Assembly (NCBI GenBank): GCA_963804995.1 | Contig: CAWDSK010000005.1 | Span: 1,024,001 to 1,088,000 of the forward strand | Length of the DNA stretch: 64,000 bases | Reading direction: 5' to 3' | Source of the DNA: an uncultured Acidobacteriota bacterium | GTDB lineage: Bacteria > Acidobacteriota > Terriglobia > UBA7540 | Shown: piece after piece, positions 61,063 to 64,000 of the stretch | How the letters are laid out: each line of letters begins with the position of its first letter | Numbering within the stretch: position 1 is the first letter of the stretch | Notes under the pieces: model-generated | What the model saw: only the letters and a program-made list of their open reading frames with translations | Databases searched by the model: none | What the model was told of the DNA's origin: nothing | Position numbers and translations under genes: made by a program

Positions 61063-61801
61063 GGTTTAACCAATAGCTAAATTGCAGAGGCCAGCTTTAC
61101 CGGGGCCTATTGTGGATAGCCCGCAAATCCCCATTACTGCCCGAAAGTTCTCAAGAAATCCATAGTAAGCGGTCTAATTTCAATAAGTTAAAAAGATAGC
61201 AATGTTCTCTCAATTTGTTTTCAGCGGTCTATCAAGACGGACGTTGATGTTTGCCATCTTTTAGCCAGCAAACTCCCCAAGTGGAGCCAGAACCTGCCAA
61301 TTCCGTTAGGTCAAAGGTTGACAGATTGGGTGGGCCCGAACAATCCCCTGAACTCATAGCTCATAGCATGTATTTTCAATGATGTTTTCGAATGGCGGGC
61401 CATTTTCGCCTTTTCCAAACTCCCCCGCTTGACATTGAGCACTCAGCGATCGGTCTGAGACTTCGGACCATTAAGCATGCGGGGTCAAGCTTCCTTGGCG
61501 CGCGAACTGGGGGGTTCGCAGGAGCCCAGAATCTTGCGAATTATCGGCGCGGAGAGAAATAACTGTCGAAGTGGTTCATCCGCGGGCAGGGAGTTCGCCA
61601 GCTTCATAATCGTCCCGCGGCTGAGTGCCAAATGGCGTTTCGTCAACTCTCTTGATTTCATCCCCCGCTCGGGGCGCACAGTTTCTGCCTAAAAGAGCAG
61701 ACGTGCTTCGGTTGGTGTATGATGCGCGCTATGGCCTCTCCAGGACGCGAATCGGAGCCCGTGTACGTTTTCACCATGCCCGGCAAAGGTGAGGATGCTT
61801 G

Positions 61802-62361
61802 ATGATGGATAAACGAATCTCTGGATCCTGGCGCACAGCCTGGGAATGCCTGTTGGCCAGTATGGCGCTGGCCGTGTTGACCTTGGTCAGCTTTCGGCTC
61901 CATGCCGGTCCTGCCATGGCCGCCCTCCTCTTCTTTTTTTTGGTCGTATTGATTTCCCTGTGGGCAGGGTTTCTTTCGACGGTCTTTGCCTGCGCCGTGG
62001 CCGCTTTATGCTTTGTCTACTTCTTTACTCAACCGCTTTACCATCTTTGGATGAGCGAGCCCGTGGAAATTGCCGCGACGATTGCGTTCTCGAGTACCGC
62101 CCTAATCATTAGCCGCCTGTTGTCAAGGGTAAGAGAGCGGACCGCCGAGCTCCAGCAGGCCAACGAGCAGTTGCAGGCGGAAATCGCCGAGCGCAGGCGT
62201 GCGGAAGAAGGGGTTCGGCAAAGGGAAGCGGAGCTTCGGCAGCTTATCGACGCCATCCCTCAGCATGTCGTCGTCCTGGATCCGGATGGAAGTTTTCTTT
62301 ACTTGAATCAGGTTGCCCTCGAATACAGCGGTCTAACCCTGGAAGGCAGTTTGGCGAAGGA
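61802..62361 (+). CDS. 5' exon of a DUF4118-PAS sensor (kinase-type) gene interrupted by a group II intron
   Basis: Four TM helices, RVRERTAELQQANEQLQAEIAER linker, LIDAIP PAS start; protein sense is lost at GTGTG. Confidence 0.8.
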
Positions 62362-64000
62362 GTGTGTCCAGCAAAGGCTGGTATGTTCAGTGGGAGTTAG
62401 TCCCACCAAGGCAAGAGTCAGGAGCCTTGTAGCTTGGGTCGCATCCGTGGAGGAAACGAAGCGGATGAAGCTGACCGACAAAGCCATCCAAGGGATGGTG
62501 AGCGAGTCACCGGGCCGTAACGCAAGTGAACCCATAGGTGGCCTCGACAAAAAAATAGATCCGGAGGCCGAGCCCTCTCCTTCGGGGCGAAGGCAGCATG
62601 GCATGACGTGGGCTGACCGAGACGACATGTCACTCCGGCGGGGTGGTAGGGGCAGCACGGTGGCAAGGGCATGTCAAGCAACTGGAGAAACCGTCCTCGT
62701 CCCATCGAGAGATCGGTGGAGCAGGGTAGGCCGTATAACCGGAGACAACGGGAAATCGGCTGACGGCGAGACGGTGGCGGTTAGGCTCGAAGTAGCGACG
62801 AAGTGGGGTAACGCCCATGGAGCGAAGGGGCCTTGCTGCACAGCAAGTCTTGGCCAACATGGGAGGCAGGGGTGAAATGATAAAAGCGCCCTTTAAGCTG
62901 CAAGACCTGCGGCGAAGACTTTACGTCAAGGCGAAGGCTGAACCGACTTGGCGATTCTGGGGGTTGTATGTCCACGTCTGCAAACGAGAAACTCTCTGGG
63001 AAGCGTATCAGCTAGCTAAGGAGAACAAGGGAGCCCCAGGAGTAGATGGGGTCACGTTCCAGGCAATCGAGGCTGAAGGCTTGCAGGGATTTCTCGAACA
63101 GCTTCGCGAGGAGCTGGTGCAGCGGAGATATCGACCTCGACGGCTGCGGAAGGTAGGGATTCCGAAGGAGGGCGGAAAGGTTCGCCAACTTTCGATTCCT
63201 TGCATTCGCGACCGAGTGGTCCAGGGAGCGTTGAAGCTGATCCTGGAACCGATCTTTGAGGCCGATTTCCAACCGGGATCGTTTGGCTACCGGCCGAAGA
63301 AGTCAGCCCACGCTGCGATTCAACGCGTCTCGGAGGCAATCGTGCGGCACATGACCTTTGTCGTTGATCTCAACTTGCGTTCCTACTTCGATACGGTTCG
63401 ACATTCCCTCGTACTGGAGAAGGTGGCACGGCGAGTGAACGACACCGAGGTCCTAGGGCTGCTCAAACTGCTGCTGAAGGCGTCGGGGAAGCAGGGTGTT
63501 CCGCAAGGCGGGGTGATTTCGCCCTTGCTCAGTAACGTGTACCTCAATGAGGTGGACAAGATGCTGGAAAAGGCGAAGGAAGTCACCCGCGAGGGGCGGT
63601 GGATGAACGTCGAATATGCCAGATTCGCCGATGATCTGGTGGTTCTGGTGAACGCTCATCCCCGGCAGGCCTGGCTTCGCAAGGCAGTGGAAAAGCGGCT
63701 ACGGGAGGAGTTGGCCAAGCTGCAGGTTGAGGTGAACGAGGAGAAAAGCCGGAGGGTGGATCTTCAGCAAGGAGAGAGTTTCGGATTTCTGGGGTTTGAG
63801 TTCCGTCGCATCCGCAGTCGGCGGGGCCGATGGATGCCGCTGCGTACGCCGCGGGGCAAGAAGCGGACGGCATTGCTACGCAAGCTCAAGCTAGTTTTCC
63901 GGAGCTATCGCTCTCAGCCTGTGAGGGGGTTGATCGAGCAGATCAATCCCATTCTGCGCGGCTGGGTGAACTACTTTGCGGTCGGGCACTCCAGCCGGTG
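62362..64000 (+). mobile_element. Group II intron (5' part; runs off the window)
   Basis: GTGTG 5' end; EBS1-like TCCTTCG (62578-62584) in a GCCC/GGGC hairpin complementary to exon end CGAAGGA (62355-62361); RT ORF inside. Confidence 0.92.
62877..64000 (+). CDS. ltrA: Group II intron reverse transcriptase/maturase (partial)
   Basis: Own translation: APGVDG, IPK..GK.R.L.IP..RDRVVQ, GYRP, PQGGVISPLLSN, RFADD, FLGF, INPILRGWVNYF; no stop in window, so absent from the ORF track. Confidence 0.93.
   Translation, partial: MIKAPFKLQDLRRRLYVKAKAEPTWRFWGLYVHVCKRETLWEAYQLAKENKGAPGVDGVTFQAIEAEGLQGFLEQLREELVQRRYRPRRLRKVGIPKEGGKVRQLSIPCIRDRVVQGALKLILEPIFEADFQPGSFGYRPKKSAHAAIQRVSEAIVRHMTFVVDLNLRSYFDTVRHSLVLEKVARRVNDTEVLGLLKLLLKASGKQGVPQGGVISPLLSNVYLNEVDKMLEKAKEVTREGRWMNVEYARFADDLVVLVNAHPRQAWLRKAVEKRLREELAKLQVEVNEEKSRRVDLQQGESFGFLGFEFRRIRSRRGRWMPLRTPRGKKRTALLRKLKLVFRSYRSQPVRGLIEQINPILRGWVNYFAVGHSSR

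Noticed and set aside
61485..61679. 64-aa minus-strand ORF as a functional gene
   Set aside because: Reads like an isolated C-terminal remnant; too little evidence
61799..62875. 358-aa ORF as one real protein
   Set aside because: Its 3' half is read-through into intron RNA domains
62877..64000. RT as retron, DGR or defence RT
   Set aside because: GTGTG 5' end, EBS1/IBS1 pairing and the maturase motif (INPILRGWVNYF) identify a group II intron

Overview
Bacterial DNA of fairly high GC, most consistent with an Acidobacteriota genome (Oar-like TonB-dependent receptor, TPR and CRTAC1/ASPIC-UnbV genes); the taxonomy is inference. 1-18.5 kb looks like core chromosome: a TonB receptor/TPR/CRTAC1/GH39-like cluster, a DASS transporter, egtB-egtD ergothioneine genes divergent from a betaine-type ABC importer, an MBL hydrolase, tRNA-Lys(CTT) and several REP/MITE-like repeats. 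After the tRNA and a degenerate tRNA copy, the rest of the window is an accessory, pseudogene-rich stress and envelope region. It holds decayed two-component genes, an intact receiver-AAA-HTH sigma-54 activator, an Mla/MCE operon, five long and one short DUF1269-like glycine-zipper genes (four in tandem), hdeD x2, AI-2E, S2P-CBS, lemA, an ABC/HlyD/OMF exporter, dps, a Rieske-glutaredoxin-FTR-Rieske module, an ECF sigma, ftsH, rhomboid, mgtA and usp. Two IS1634-like copies sit at TTAG, and a group II intron interrupts a sensor gene at the right edge. The strongest unexplained signal is one promoter module repeated eight times: a triple TTCGCGAA-like box, an IHF-like site and a sigma-54 -24/-12 element, with the -24 T always 53-54 nt after the last base of the box. 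It defines a candidate local sigma-54 regulon centred on the DUF1269 paralogs. Family names are from motif recognition, not database searches.
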